Origin: a virus | Length of the DNA stretch: 61,502 nt | IMG/VR virus record: IMGVR_UViG_3300014954_000001 | Strand: one strand, 5' to 3' | Shown here: positions 43,362-53,809 of the stretch, one piece after another | Layout: every line of letters starts with the position of its first letter | Position numbering within the stretch: the first letter of the stretch is position 1 | Made by a program: the position numbers and the translations under genes | Notes under the pieces: generated by a model | The model's input: only the letters and a program-made list of their open reading frames with translations | The model's database searches: none | What the model was told of the DNA's origin: nothing

Positions 43362-46037
43362 TTGACGATAAGAGACATTGCGGTTGCATTTGGTATTGAA
43401 GTTGATCAGAAAAGTGTCAGTGCGGCAGAGAATGCCATTAAAGGTGTAAAAAATATGGCCTCAAAGCTCTTAGGCGCTATTGGAATAGGCTTTTCAATTG
43501 CCGGTATTGCAAACTTGGCGGAAGCTGCGGCAGATGCAGAGGCATTAAAATCGCAGTTTTCGCAGGTGTTTGGAGATTTAGAGCAGGACGCTTCAGACAA
43601 GCTTGATAAGATTGCTGATGATACTGGAGTAACTGTAAATAGAATGAAGGGCAGTTTTACCCAGATAGCCGCATTTGCAAAGACAACAGGAATGGAGCAG
43701 GCGGACGCATTAGATATTGCTGACAGATCCATGAAAGCCGTTGCGGATTCTGCCGCATTCTACGATAGAAGCATAGAGGATGTAACTAATTCCCTCCAGT
43801 CTTTCTTGAAAGGTAATTTTGAAAATGACGCTGCTCTTGGTCTTTCATGTACTGAGACAACGAGAAATACAGCCGCAAATGCGTTGTACGGAAAGTCGTT
43901 TAAAGACTTGTCAGAAGCGGAAAAACAGCTGACATTACTGCAGATGGTTGAGGATGCGAATAAAGCCTCTGGTGCAATAGGACAGGCGGCCAGAGAATCT
44001 GATACATGGACCAATCAGCTTGGTAATTTGAAACAGAATGTGCAGGATTTGAAAGCGGCGGCTGGAAATGCGTTCTTAAAGCCGGCAGTAATGGTATTAA
44101 AACTGCTAAATTCCCTAGTATCAAAGGCAACTGTGGGGATGAAAAAGCTGACATCAGAGACAGGAATCCTAACCAAAGCATTCAATGGTATGCATGCTTT
44201 AGTAAAAAGATTGAAGCCAGCTATTGATCGAATGATGCAGACCTTGCAGATAGGGGCTAAAAAAGGCATGGGAATGGTGAAAAATGTTATAGATAAACTT
44301 GGTGGAGTTGATAACGCTCTGAAGCTCTTGGCTATTATTGCCGGAGCTTTTTTTATTGTGATGAATTGGAGCAAAATCATATCTGGAGCAAAAGCATTTA
44401 TTACATTACTTACAAAGATGAAAGGCTTATTCAGCTTGGCAAACCTAAAGACTTTGGCAATAGTGGCAGCGGTTGTTTTACTAGCGTTGATTGTTGAGGA
44501 TTTCATCAATTTCCTTATGGGGAATGATTCAGTTATCGGCACGATTTTCGATAAGGCAGGCATTGGTGCAGATAATGCCCGGGAAGCCATTTTTAAAGCT
44601 TGGCAGAAAGTGAAAGAGTTCCTGCTTAATGTATGGGATTTTCTCAAACAAGCTGCCGGAATGTGGGTTGACACTGTTAAAGGATTCTTTGAGAGGCACG
44701 GAGAAAGTATAAAAGAGAACTTTATGAGAGCCTGGGGAATCATAAAAACTTTTCTGAGTGGAGTGTGGACATTCATATCACAGTTAGCGGCAACGATATT
44801 TGGTGGAACAGAAGATAGTATTGATGGTTCTACAACAAGCACAAAGGATAAACTATTGTCAGTATGGCAAGCTATTCTCGATGCTTTGTCAGCGGTTTGG
44901 GATGCTTTATATGAAGCCGGAAGTGCTGTATTCAATGCTATTGCGACTGTAATAGAAACTGTATTTGGATGGATCCAGACATTTTGGAATGCGTGGGGTT
45001 CTACAATACTTGCATGGTTTAAAGGACTGTGGGACAACTGCGGACAATTTATAAATGGATTCCTTGAAGTAATAAAAGGACTTGCGAATTTTATAAGTTC
45101 TGTATTCACAGGAAACTGGTCTGGAGCATGGGAGGCTATCAAACAGATATTCTCTGGAATATGGGATATGATTGTAGCTTTCTTGCAGCAGGCATGGAAC
45201 ACAATATCAACAGTTCTGACTATTGGATTAGGTGCTTTGCAGGCACTTTGGAACGCAATTTGGGGTGCAATAAGTGCATTTTTCTCTGGAATATGGAATG
45301 GAATAGTTTCTTTCTTGACAGGAATATGGAATACAATAACAAGCACTATTTCAAATGCAATAAATTCTGCTTATAACACGATAGTTTCAGTATTGCAGTC
45401 CATATACAACTTTTTCAGCAGTATTTTTTCAAACATAGCTAATTCCGTAAGTTCCACATTTAATAATATAGTGAGTGGAATTAAAGGTGCTGTTGGGAAT
45501 ATCAAGACTGCCATTGTTGATGGTTTTAATGCGGCAATCAGCTTTATAACAAGCCTTCCGTCAAAAGCTATTCAATGGGGTGCAGATTTCATAGGTGGCT
45601 TGAAGAGCGGAATTATGTCTGGTGTGCAGGGGATTGTGGATGCTGTGAAAGGCATTGGAGATAAAATCAAATCGTTTCTGCATTTCTCGGTTCCGGATGA
45701 AGGTCCATTAACAGATTATGAGAGCTGGATGCCTGATTTTATGGGTGGACTAGCCGAAGGTATCAGTTCAAACGAGGACACTGTTCTTGACAAAGTTAAA
45801 GGGCTTGCAGGCGGCATATCAACCCTTATGAAAGGAGCTACAGCTTCAGCTGCAACAGCAACTGGAAGTGCAGTAAATAACACAAGTAATACGACAAATG
45901 TGACACAGAACAATACCTTCAATAATTCTTACTCTGGCAGTGATGTACAGGCACAACAGAATGTATCGAAGGGCATGAAACAGTCGGCACAGGATGCCAC
46001 AAGCTATATGGCTAAAGGGCTGGCATATGCAAGGTAG
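43362..46037 (+). CDS. Tape measure protein (TTG start)
   Basis: 891 aa with TM segments and repetitive W/G/I-rich C-terminal motifs (IWNGIVSFLTGIWNTI). Confidence 0.85.
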   Translation: MTIRDIAVAFGIEVDQKSVSAAENAIKGVKNMASKLLGAIGIGFSIAGIANLAEAAADAEALKSQFSQVFGDLEQDASDKLDKIADDTGVTVNRMKGSFTQIAAFAKTTGMEQADALDIADRSMKAVADSAAFYDRSIEDVTNSLQSFLKGNFENDAALGLSCTETTRNTAANALYGKSFKDLSEAEKQLTLLQMVEDANKASGAIGQAARESDTWTNQLGNLKQNVQDLKAAAGNAFLKPAVMVLKLLNSLVSKATVGMKKLTSETGILTKAFNGMHALVKRLKPAIDRMMQTLQIGAKKGMGMVKNVIDKLGGVDNALKLLAIIAGAFFIVMNWSKIISGAKAFITLLTKMKGLFSLANLKTLAIVAAVVLLALIVEDFINFLMGNDSVIGTIFDKAGIGADNAREAIFKAWQKVKEFLLNVWDFLKQAAGMWVDTVKGFFERHGESIKENFMRAWGIIKTFLSGVWTFISQLAATIFGGTEDSIDGSTTSTKDKLLSVWQAILDALSAVWDALYEAGSAVFNAIATVIETVFGWIQTFWNAWGSTILAWFKGLWDNCGQFINGFLEVIKGLANFISSVFTGNWSGAWEAIKQIFSGIWDMIVAFLQQAWNTISTVLTIGLGALQALWNAIWGAISAFFSGIWNGIVSFLTGIWNTITSTISNAINSAYNTIVSVLQSIYNFFSSIFSNIANSVSSTFNNIVSGIKGAVGNIKTAIVDGFNAAISFITSLPSKAIQWGADFIGGLKSGIMSGVQGIVDAVKGIGDKIKSFLHFSVPDEGPLTDYESWMPDFMGGLAEGISSNEDTVLDKVKGLAGGISTLMKGATASAATATGSAVNNTSNTTNVTQNNTFNNSYSGSDVQAQQNVSKGMKQSAQDATSYMAKGLAYAR

Positions 46038-46047
46038 GTGAAAAGGA

Positions 46048-46662
46048 ATGGCAAGAAATCTAAAACCGGTTAGCATTGCCGGAATAGAAGGGGATGCTCT
46101 TATCAGCGAGGATATCAGCTATTCTGCTGACATTCCTGAGTATCCTGTTGAAAATGGTTACAATGTATCAGACACAGTTATATTAAAACCTATTCAGTTA
46201 AGCATCACTTTATATATAAGTGATAGCCCGGCTACATGGAGAAATCGCAAAGGACATAGTCCTTCTGCGGGCAGAACCAAGAAGATATGTGAGAAGTTTG
46301 AGAAATTGTATTTTCAGAGAAAATTGGTAAAGGTTGTCACTACAGACAAGATATATACCAATATGGGAATCACATCGATGTCAATTTCTCATAGTTCGGA
46401 AATTGGGTATGCACGACAGATACAGTTTTCATTAAAGAAAGTGTATGTAACCAAAAGAAAAACGGTTCACATACCTAAATATATTTTGCAGAGTGGAGAA
46501 TCGAAGAAAAGTGCAGGAAAAGCGACAACATCATCCAGCAGTTCAAATTCTTCGAGTTCCTCATCGAGCAGATCCGGCGGTTCTGGAAGCTCTGGCAAGT
46601 CGAGCAGCGGAAAGAAAGGCTCAATATTATATAACATTGGAAAAAAAGCAGGATTTTTGTAG
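46048..46662 (+). CDS. Tail/baseplate protein with Ser-rich C-terminus
   Basis: 204 aa with ADIPEYPVENGYNVSDTVILKP and a poly-Ser tail. Confidence 0.4.
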   Translation: MARNLKPVSIAGIEGDALISEDISYSADIPEYPVENGYNVSDTVILKPIQLSITLYISDSPATWRNRKGHSPSAGRTKKICEKFEKLYFQRKLVKVVTTDKIYTNMGITSMSISHSSEIGYARQIQFSLKKVYVTKRKTVHIPKYILQSGESKKSAGKATTSSSSSNSSSSSSSRSGGSGSSGKSSSGKKGSILYNIGKKAGFL

Positions 46663-46673
46663 GAGGTGGGTAA

Positions 46674-46991
46674 ATGCTATATATTACGGTTCCAGATATG
46701 AACGATAGCGTATCGTCCTTAACGATTGCAGATAAAGAATATCTTATCCGCTTTACCTATAACGGAACAGGAGACTTTTGGAGCTTTGGATTATTAGACA
46801 CAAACAACAATCCGATTATTTCTCCTACGAAGATGGTACCTAATTTCCCACTCACTCATTTTATGAATTTTACATCATTGCCAGATGGAATATTTGGTGT
46901 ATTGAGCGAGGAAAAAAGACTTACGAGAGAATCCTTTAATAATGGGACAGCCGAATTTGTTTTTATACCATGGGATGAATGGGAGGATTAG
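46674..46991 (+). CDS. Hypothetical tail protein
   Basis: 105 aa in the baseplate operon. Confidence 0.4.
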   Translation: MLYITVPDMNDSVSSLTIADKEYLIRFTYNGTGDFWSFGLLDTNNNPIISPTKMVPNFPLTHFMNFTSLPDGIFGVLSEEKRLTRESFNNGTAEFVFIPWDEWED

Positions 46992-46992
46992 C

Positions 46993-47871
46993 ATGGCTCA
47001 AGAAAATTTTATCAGAAGATATCTTATGAAGGCTGGAAAAATGGGGCATAACGGATTTCAAATCGGTCAAACTTCAACCGAGAATCCTCATGCATTGCAT
47101 ATAAGTTTCAGTATTGAAAAATCAACATCAGAAACTGCCAATACAGCCAAGGTACAAATATGGAATTTATCCCCTGCCAATCTCAGCATCCTTGACACGA
47201 AAGATTGTGTAATTGAATTACAGGCGGGATATGCCAATCACATTGCATTGATTCTAGCAGGAAATGTAGTTACATCGTCAACAGAGATGGATGGGGCTGA
47301 TAGAATGACAGAGTTGGAGGTTGTGGATGGAAGGGTAGCCTTGAGAGACACTTATGTGGAGATATCTCGCTCTGGACGAGTTGATAGTAAGGAAGTATTT
47401 GATGAGATTGCAGGCGCTATGGGAGTATCGGTTATATACTCAAAAGGCTGCAAGTTTAAAGTTTTACCACATGGCTTCAGTTTTGTTGGTCCCGCAAAGA
47501 CTGCACTGAAGAAATTGTGCAAGACATGTGGTCTTTCTTGGTCTATTCAGAATTCTGTTCTACAGATAAGAAAGCCGAATGAATCTATAACAACTAGGGC
47601 ATATCTTTTAAGTTCCGATACGGGACTGTTAGAGGTACCTAAGCGCATAACAATTTCATCAGAGAGCGATGATTCCAGCAGTGGAAAAAGCAACAGTCAG
47701 ATAGGCTATGAGGTCAAGTATTTTTTAAATGGAGCAATCGGTGTGAATGATTATGTAAGATTAGAAAGCGACAAAGTACGAGGCTATTTTAGAGTCTATA
47801 AGCTGACGATTGATGGAGACAACCTTGAGGGCGATTGGATATGTACAGCCCAGCTTCTGGAGGTGAAATAA
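46993..47871 (+). CDS. Baseplate hub-like protein
   Basis: gggagg, then ATG at 46993. 292 aa. Position after the tape measure gene. Confidence 0.4.
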   Translation: MAQENFIRRYLMKAGKMGHNGFQIGQTSTENPHALHISFSIEKSTSETANTAKVQIWNLSPANLSILDTKDCVIELQAGYANHIALILAGNVVTSSTEMDGADRMTELEVVDGRVALRDTYVEISRSGRVDSKEVFDEIAGAMGVSVIYSKGCKFKVLPHGFSFVGPAKTALKKLCKTCGLSWSIQNSVLQIRKPNESITTRAYLLSSDTGLLEVPKRITISSESDDSSSGKSNSQIGYEVKYFLNGAIGVNDYVRLESDKVRGYFRVYKLTIDGDNLEGDWICTAQLLEVK

Positions 47872-48440
47872 TGTTACAAGAATTTGTAGAACAGGTTGAA
47901 AAAACAGCACGGTCAGTAATGGAAGAGATGCACACTGCAATACCAGGAAAAATAACTGCGTTCAATGCAGGAACAGGCTTTGCTACTGTAAAACCTTATG
48001 GAACATATACAACTGATGCCGGCAGAAAGATGTCATATCCAACAGTTACAGAGGTTCCAGTTATCATTCCTCAAAGCCCAATGAATGATATTTATATTGC
48101 ATTCCCGATAACAGCAGGAATGGATTGCCTACTCATAGTTTCTGAACAGGAACTGGACGCATGGATTGGAGGCGGTGAATCTGAAAATGACATTCGTTTT
48201 GACTTGACAAGTGCAATAGCAATTCCGGGACTGCTTAATAAGGGAAGTGCGGCACTGAGAGAGGCATGCAACAAAGAAAGCATAATATTACAGAATGGAG
48301 ATTCTAAGTTATCTATAAATAAAGAAAACGTGGAAATAAAAGGAAACCTGATTGTGAGTGGCGATGTAAAAGCAAAGAATGTATCTCTTATAAATCACAC
48401 TCATACAGGTGTGCACGGAGACACATCAAAGGCAAAATAA
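47871..48440 (+). CDS. Baseplate central spike (Mu gp45 / gpV-like)
   Basis: IPGKITAFN...ATVKP and C-terminal HTHTGVHGDTS. Confidence 0.6.
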   Translation: MLQEFVEQVEKTARSVMEEMHTAIPGKITAFNAGTGFATVKPYGTYTTDAGRKMSYPTVTEVPVIIPQSPMNDIYIAFPITAGMDCLLIVSEQELDAWIGGGESENDIRFDLTSAIAIPGLLNKGSAALREACNKESIILQNGDSKLSINKENVEIKGNLIVSGDVKAKNVSLINHTHTGVHGDTSKAK

Positions 48441-48456
48441 AGAAGGAGGCGAGGAA

Positions 48457-48804
48457 GTGGATATATTGCTTGACAGTAATGGTGACTTGGCATTCAAGGG
48501 AACAGACATTGTCCTTGCCAATTCTGTTCGTCAAAAGATAAAAATTCGGTTAAAGTGGTTTTTTCAAGAATGGAGATGGGATGATGAAGCTGGTGTTCCA
48601 TATTTTGAATATCTTTTTGTGAAAAATCCAGATATAGACCAGATTAAAGAATTGATAGAAGAACAAATTTTCAATGTAGATGAAATTACGGAAGTTAATG
48701 ATGTATCTATAGAAATTGATAGCTTGAAAAGGTCGGCAGTAATCCGATACGAAGCTGTTACAGATGAAAAAACATATAAGGAAGAGGTGAAGATTGGTGG
48801 CTGA
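48457..48804 (+). CDS. Baseplate wedge protein (gp25/gpW, DUF2634-like; GTG start)
   Basis: LLDSNGDLAFKGTDIVLANSVRQKIKIRL. Confidence 0.5.
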   Translation: MDILLDSNGDLAFKGTDIVLANSVRQKIKIRLKWFFQEWRWDDEAGVPYFEYLFVKNPDIDQIKELIEEQIFNVDEITEVNDVSIEIDSLKRSAVIRYEAVTDEKTYKEEVKIGG

Positions 48805-50257
48805 ATATGGAATTACAGATAAAGGATTTGAGATTAAAAGATTGGATGAAATATTGGAGGAGCTTCATTCAGAACTTTCTGGAAAATTTGGATTTAACAC
48901 CAGATTGGATCCTCAATCATTTCTGAATGTACTAATAACAACATACGGCGGACAAATTTCCGAGCTTTGGGAAGTGGCACAGGCCAGTTATTATGCAAAA
49001 TATCCGTCTACAGCTGAAGGAGTAAGCCTTGATAATGCTGTGCAGTATGGTGGCATTCGACGAAGCCCTAATAAATACAGTTATTACACATTGCATTGTA
49101 CAGGTGATGATGGAACGGTTGTAAGACAGGGAGCTACAGTTGCGACAAATACAGCACCGCAAGCTAAACTGGCGGCTGTTTCAGAATTTGTTATAACAAG
49201 GGAATCTTTCAACAGGGTATCAATAAGAGTAGCAGCTCCTGTTACAGGGGCTATATATTCTGTATCAATAAATGGTGTCCAATACAGTTTTACGAGTGTG
49301 TCTGATGACGAATTATCAATTATTGAAGGACTGAGTAAAGCTGTAAATCCAGATGGATATAAGGTATCTGTGAATGAAAGCAATATTACATTGGATGTGG
49401 TCAGCGAATCAGCATCAAGGAGTGGAATACTTGTACTTTCTGACAATTTAACAACAGCAAGCGTTACCACTCTTGCTGATTTTGCGACTATAGATTATGG
49501 AAAACTTATATTCCCTAACGGAACGATAACAATCATGATTACAAATATTAGCGGGTTTAATGCTGTTGAGAATTTGATTGCACCTACATACGGAAGACTA
49601 CAGGAAACGGATGTAGAACTTCGACATTCATATTTGGCAAAATCGGCTATCCGCTCTACAAGAATGATAGACAGTATTTGTTCTCAGTTAATAAATAATG
49701 TTCCAAATGTAGAAAGTGCAACAGGATATGAGAACGATACGGATGATACAGACGAGGAAGGAAGACCTCCGCATAGTGTTGAAATAATAGTGGATGGCGG
49801 AGATGAAACAAGTATTGCAAGCATTATTCTGGATAAAAAAGCTGCTGGCATTCAGACTTTTGGTTCTATTACTGTTAATGTTGCAACAGAGTATGGAGAT
49901 TCCATTCCTGTAAGCTTCAATAGACCGGAATACATTTATGTTTGGATGAAAGTTACATTGGATGCGGATAAATCATATCTCCCTACAAATTATGCAAACT
50001 TGGCGATAAATTCAATTGTCAAAGATGCTTCCAAATTACAGGCAGGTGACAATATGTTGTCACAGACATTCAATGATGGAATTTATTCGGCAGTGGGTGG
50101 TGTGACTTATGTAGATATTAAATGTGCTGCCACAAAAGACAAAGAGCGTATTCCGACCAGCGATGAATACACAAAGGTAAATATAAAAGTTGAAAGCAGA
50201 CAGAAGATTGTGGTTGTAGATACGAGAATTGAGGTGGTGTATAGTGGACATTCTTGA
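48794..50257 (+). CDS. Baseplate J-like protein
   Basis: 487 aa with AKYPSTAEGVSLDNAVQYGGIRR. Confidence 0.65.
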   Translation: MVAEYGITDKGFEIKRLDEILEELHSELSGKFGFNTRLDPQSFLNVLITTYGGQISELWEVAQASYYAKYPSTAEGVSLDNAVQYGGIRRSPNKYSYYTLHCTGDDGTVVRQGATVATNTAPQAKLAAVSEFVITRESFNRVSIRVAAPVTGAIYSVSINGVQYSFTSVSDDELSIIEGLSKAVNPDGYKVSVNESNITLDVVSESASRSGILVLSDNLTTASVTTLADFATIDYGKLIFPNGTITIMITNISGFNAVENLIAPTYGRLQETDVELRHSYLAKSAIRSTRMIDSICSQLINNVPNVESATGYENDTDDTDEEGRPPHSVEIIVDGGDETSIASIILDKKAAGIQTFGSITVNVATEYGDSIPVSFNRPEYIYVWMKVTLDADKSYLPTNYANLAINSIVKDASKLQAGDNMLSQTFNDGIYSAVGGVTYVDIKCAATKDKERIPTSDEYTKVNIKVESRQKIVVVDTRIEVVYSGHS

Positions 50258-51401
50258 TAAATGGTTGGATGATTTACCGCAACAGTTTCAAGGAAAGAAA
50301 TACATAGAAGCCCTTATTTCGGTGTTCGCAAAGCAATTAGAGGATTTATATAAGGTATTCAAACAGCTTGATGCAGAGACAGATTTAGATAGTGCTGTTG
50401 GTATGAATTTGGATATGGTCGGAGATATTGTGACACTTACACGAAAAGAAGCTGGTGTTCTTGCAGGTATTGATGTTGAGGATCCTGTTATTAGCGATGA
50501 GAGGTACCGCCAGTTCTTAAAGTATCAGATGCTGGTTAATACAAATGAATGTACCTACCATGACCTTATGGATGGATTGGCATTATTATGGGATGTATCT
50601 CCGATTTATTACAGAGAGGATCCGGCTCTTCCTGCCGTGATTATCCTCACAATGCCATTTCTTACACCAGGCGGAAAAGTTGTTACATTGGGTAAAGTTC
50701 CGATGGTAAAGCCGGCAGGTGTCAGAATTGAATTTGAGTATTATATCAAGGCTATTGTTGAGGTAGCCTTTAATTTTTGGATATCATCCTATGAAGTGCC
50801 GAGATGCAACACTATTGTTTGTGGTACACACCCAAAGAGAGCAACACTTGGAACTATAATTGAAGTTCGCTGTGAACAGGATGTGAATGCTTTGATAACA
50901 GCTTTTGAATCAAGCAAAACAGGTACAATTCGGATAGGCGGAACTGCATATGATGCAACACTAGGACAATTGCTTAAAAAGGATATAGAAATTGAAATTG
51001 ACAGCAACCTACATATCGTAGACTTTCTGCAGTCTGGACAGAGTGTGGCAGGATTGAAGCCAAATAAGGCAAATAAGGGAATGATAATTCCAAAAGATAT
51101 TCTTATTGATGGAAGCACATATTTACAGAAATATAACATGCCAGCTTCTGGCCGCCAAACATCTGGCGGTGGAGTGCTGGCTGATTCTTTATCCGTGGAT
51201 GTTCAAAGTGGCATACAAGCCGAGGAAAATATAATGCTTGGAACATCAACCGAGATATATGCTTCTCCGGAGCACAAAGCTGGTAAAGCATATAAGACGC
51301 TTGCTGTTTCATCATCAGAAACAGAGGCAGATGTAAATGTATTCATTGCTTCGGCTACCATCAGACGATGTGGAACCAGAAGCTGTGGAAATAAAGAATA
51401 G
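50244..51401 (+). CDS. Baseplate/tail-fibre attachment protein (Mu gp48-like)
   Basis: GTG at 50244 after gaggtgg. WLDDLPQQFQGKKYIEALISVFAKQLEDL. Confidence 0.4.
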   Translation: MDILDKWLDDLPQQFQGKKYIEALISVFAKQLEDLYKVFKQLDAETDLDSAVGMNLDMVGDIVTLTRKEAGVLAGIDVEDPVISDERYRQFLKYQMLVNTNECTYHDLMDGLALLWDVSPIYYREDPALPAVIILTMPFLTPGGKVVTLGKVPMVKPAGVRIEFEYYIKAIVEVAFNFWISSYEVPRCNTIVCGTHPKRATLGTIIEVRCEQDVNALITAFESSKTGTIRIGGTAYDATLGQLLKKDIEIEIDSNLHIVDFLQSGQSVAGLKPNKANKGMIIPKDILIDGSTYLQKYNMPASGRQTSGGGVLADSLSVDVQSGIQAEENIMLGTSTEIYASPEHKAGKAYKTLAVSSSETEADVNVFIASATIRRCGTRSCGNKE

Positions 51402-51412
51402 GAGGTAGCAAG

Positions 51413-51727
51413 ATGGGATTCTGGGAAAAAGATTTTCTAAACAGAAGACGGCAGGAATGGATGGAGTCTATTCATAAATTCCAGTACCAAGTAAATGGAA
51501 ATTGGTATGATGCCAAAATCAATAGTAAGAAAATCACAGGCAACAAGATTGTTTTTATTGTAAGTTTGCTCACCACTCCCAAGACAGCCCACACAATTAC
51601 CGGAATTCGCCTTTGGGACATTACCGGTCGCATTTGTGGAGGACTGGAAGTTGCCGTTAAAAGGACGGCAAATCAGGGTGTGTTAGCTAAATTTGAATTC
51701 CCAATTTACGAGAAAGGAGATGAATAG
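51413..51727 (+). CDS. Hypothetical tail protein
   Basis: 104 aa. RBS ggaggtag. Confidence 0.4.
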   Translation: MGFWEKDFLNRRRQEWMESIHKFQYQVNGNWYDAKINSKKITGNKIVFIVSLLTTPKTAHTITGIRLWDITGRICGGLEVAVKRTANQGVLAKFEFPIYEKGDE

Positions 51728-51729
51728 GG

Positions 51730-52212
51730 ATGAATGTATTACCAGAATATTTGGAAGGCAACAGAACTGGCTCATACACACCAGAACAGTGGCTTGATGA
51801 AGTAAAGGACAAAAATTCGGACGAAATTATCCAGGAGGGAACTCCAATGGATGCCGAACACTTCAATCACATGGAACAGGGCATTCACAACAACTCACTT
51901 ATGTTGGCTCTTTTGTTAGAGAATGTAAAACATACTCAGCAAAGCGTAGAGTCTGTTGATGGTGAGGAACTTGAAGTTACATTGACCAACACAAAGGATT
52001 TCTATTTTAATAATTCTGTTAAGACTGTGGCACTTGCAAATATGCGTAGCACATTGGATTACAGGGTTATCACAGAAGTACAAGGCAATCCTGTAAATGT
52101 TGGTGATGTGGTTGTCTATGATAAGCAGGTGAATGGTTTTAAGATTGCTTTTACAGGCAGTGCTAAAAGTGTGACTGTTCGTTGCTTTGTACAGGGAGGA
52201 GGTACGGTGTAG
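51730..52212 (+). CDS. Tail fibre protein (short)
   Basis: GTPMDAEHFNHMEQGIH motif, common in Firmicutes phage fibres. Confidence 0.5.
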   Translation: MNVLPEYLEGNRTGSYTPEQWLDEVKDKNSDEIIQEGTPMDAEHFNHMEQGIHNNSLMLALLLENVKHTQQSVESVDGEELEVTLTNTKDFYFNNSVKTVALANMRSTLDYRVITEVQGNPVNVGDVVVYDKQVNGFKIAFTGSAKSVTVRCFVQGGGTV

Positions 52213-52382
52213 TGGCAAATATCATTATTCATAGTGACGAAAGAAAAGCTGAAACAAACAGAACCCTTCGTGATTATGGTATCAATCCGGAACATGCAAC
52301 CAAAGCACAAAGAGATATGGCAGATTGCGTAGCCCAGAAGACAGGCGAAGCCTGCAGAGTATTAAGGAGGTATGACAGATGA
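52212..52382 (+). CDS. Hypothetical small protein (GTG start)
   Basis: 56 aa. Start overlaps the upstream stop. Confidence 0.35.
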   Translation: MANIIIHSDERKAETNRTLRDYGINPEHATKAQRDMADCVAQKTGEACRVLRRYDR

Positions 52383-52723
52383 AAGTCGTAGAGGTAAATG
52401 TTGGAAAGAAAATTGAGTACAGTGTATCGAAAAATAAGATTACATTTGCTGATGAATTGATGCTCAATTGCGAAAAGTTGGAGAGAGATAATGATGAATG
52501 TGTTGACATTTGCATTGCAAAGAATGGGATGATTACTTCTGGCCAGCTTGGTGAAAAGTATGCAGCACAAATTGAGATTCCGGCAAGGCAGTATGTTGAA
52601 AAGGAAGTTCCTAATCCAGATTATGATCCTGAGGTAGAAAACAGCAGCGAAACAATTATGGAAAGAACCCCTGTTCCGTTCAATATGGCAAATGTTACGC
52701 TCAAATTATATGCAATCGAATAA
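52379..52723 (+). CDS. Hypothetical tail-associated protein
   Basis: 114 aa with ATGA overlap. Confidence 0.45.
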   Translation: MKVVEVNVGKKIEYSVSKNKITFADELMLNCEKLERDNDECVDICIAKNGMITSGQLGEKYAAQIEIPARQYVEKEVPNPDYDPEVENSSETIMERTPVPFNMANVTLKLYAIE

Positions 52724-52734
52724 GGAGGACTATT

Positions 52735-53787
52735 ATGGGAAATTATGATCAGATGGCAGCTGCGGTAAGCGAGCTGTCAGGCGGAAAAAATGTGGTATTA
52801 CTGGATGACATCGGAATGCCATCAATTTATGTAAGAATTCCAAAAGGAAAAAATTCAGAGCTTGTAAGCGGCCTTAGCGATAATGTTCATTATGCGTTTA
52901 ATGTGGACAGTGTCGAGAAGACCGCTTTTTATTATTCCAAGTATCAGAATATTATTGTAAATGAAAGGGCATATTCTCTCGGACACAGAGATCCTGCAAA
53001 TTCCATAAATTGGGATGCTGCAAGAAAGGCTTGCGAAAATAAAGGAGCGGGCTTCCACCTTGCAACAATGGCAGAGTGGGCTTATATTGCTCTCTGGTGC
53101 CGCAAGAATGGCACTATGCCGCATGGAAACAATAATTACGGAAAAGATTCGGCTTATACACATGAACACGGCGAGGAATCTTCAAAGGATAGCGGAAAAA
53201 CTGGAAGATGTTTTACCGGTTCTGGACCTGTAACATGGAACCATAACCATCACGGAGATGGCATTTGTGACTTAAACGGAAATGTATGGGAGTGGAATGC
53301 AGGCATGCGTCTTGTTGATGGAGAAATCCAGATCATTCCATACAATAATGCAGCGATGGGGAGCAAATGTGATATGTCGGCATCCTCTACTCTCTGGAAA
53401 GCAATTAAGGCGGATGGCTCGCTTGTAGAACCTGGAACAGCCGGAACATTAAAGTGGGATTGGGTATCTGGCAAAATTCAGCTTACTTCTGGTGCGATTA
53501 CATATAAGACTGATAGCGGTGTCGGTGGACAGTATAAAGATATGACACTTGCAAGCGGGCTTACTGCTCCAGAAATTGCAAAGATGTTATTACTCTACCC
53601 AGATGAACCAAACGGAGATTACGCAGGCGATTATCATTGGTTCAACCCTGTTGGCGAGCGTTTGCCGGTTTGCGGGGGCGCCTGGGTCAGTGGTGCCGGC
53701 GCTGGTGTCTTCCGCTTGAGCCTCGGCAATCCCCGCTCCTATGCGCACTGGTCCCTCGGTTTCCGCTCCGCTTTTGTTGATCTGTAA
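52735..53787 (+). CDS. DGR target: distal tail-fibre / receptor-binding protein with C-type-lectin/FGE-like C-terminal domain carrying VR
   Basis: 350 aa. WDAARKACENKGAGFHLATMAEWAYIA. The C-terminal GGAWVSGAGAGVFRLSLGNPRSYAHWSLGFRSA is encoded by VR. Confidence 0.85.
   Translation: MGNYDQMAAAVSELSGGKNVVLLDDIGMPSIYVRIPKGKNSELVSGLSDNVHYAFNVDSVEKTAFYYSKYQNIIVNERAYSLGHRDPANSINWDAARKACENKGAGFHLATMAEWAYIALWCRKNGTMPHGNNNYGKDSAYTHEHGEESSKDSGKTGRCFTGSGPVTWNHNHHGDGICDLNGNVWEWNAGMRLVDGEIQIIPYNNAAMGSKCDMSASSTLWKAIKADGSLVEPGTAGTLKWDWVSGKIQLTSGAITYKTDSGVGGQYKDMTLASGLTAPEIAKMLLLYPDEPNGDYAGDYHWFNPVGERLPVCGGAWVSGAGAGVFRLSLGNPRSYAHWSLGFRSAFVDL
53658..53772 (+). repeat. DGR variable repeat (VR)
   Basis: 115-bp gapless alignment to 54288-54402. 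18 differences, all opposite TR adenines. Confidence 0.93.
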
Positions 53788-53809
53788 TCTGTTGCACTGT
53801 AATCTGACT

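Noticed and set aside
44015-45346. 443-aa minus-strand ORF, the longest antisense ORF in the window
   Set aside because: It lies entirely inside the well-supported + strand tape measure gene. It translates to low-complexity Ser/Pro/Ile-rich sequence with no RBS and no recognisable motif. It is a shadow ORF caused by the repetitive codon composition of the tape measure gene.
46493-46625. Poly-serine-coding tract that looks like a tandem DNA repeat or contingency locus
   Set aside because: Codon usage is mixed (tca/agc/tcc/tcg), so there is no true nucleotide tandem repeat. It is simply a Ser-rich linker at the C-terminus of a tail protein.
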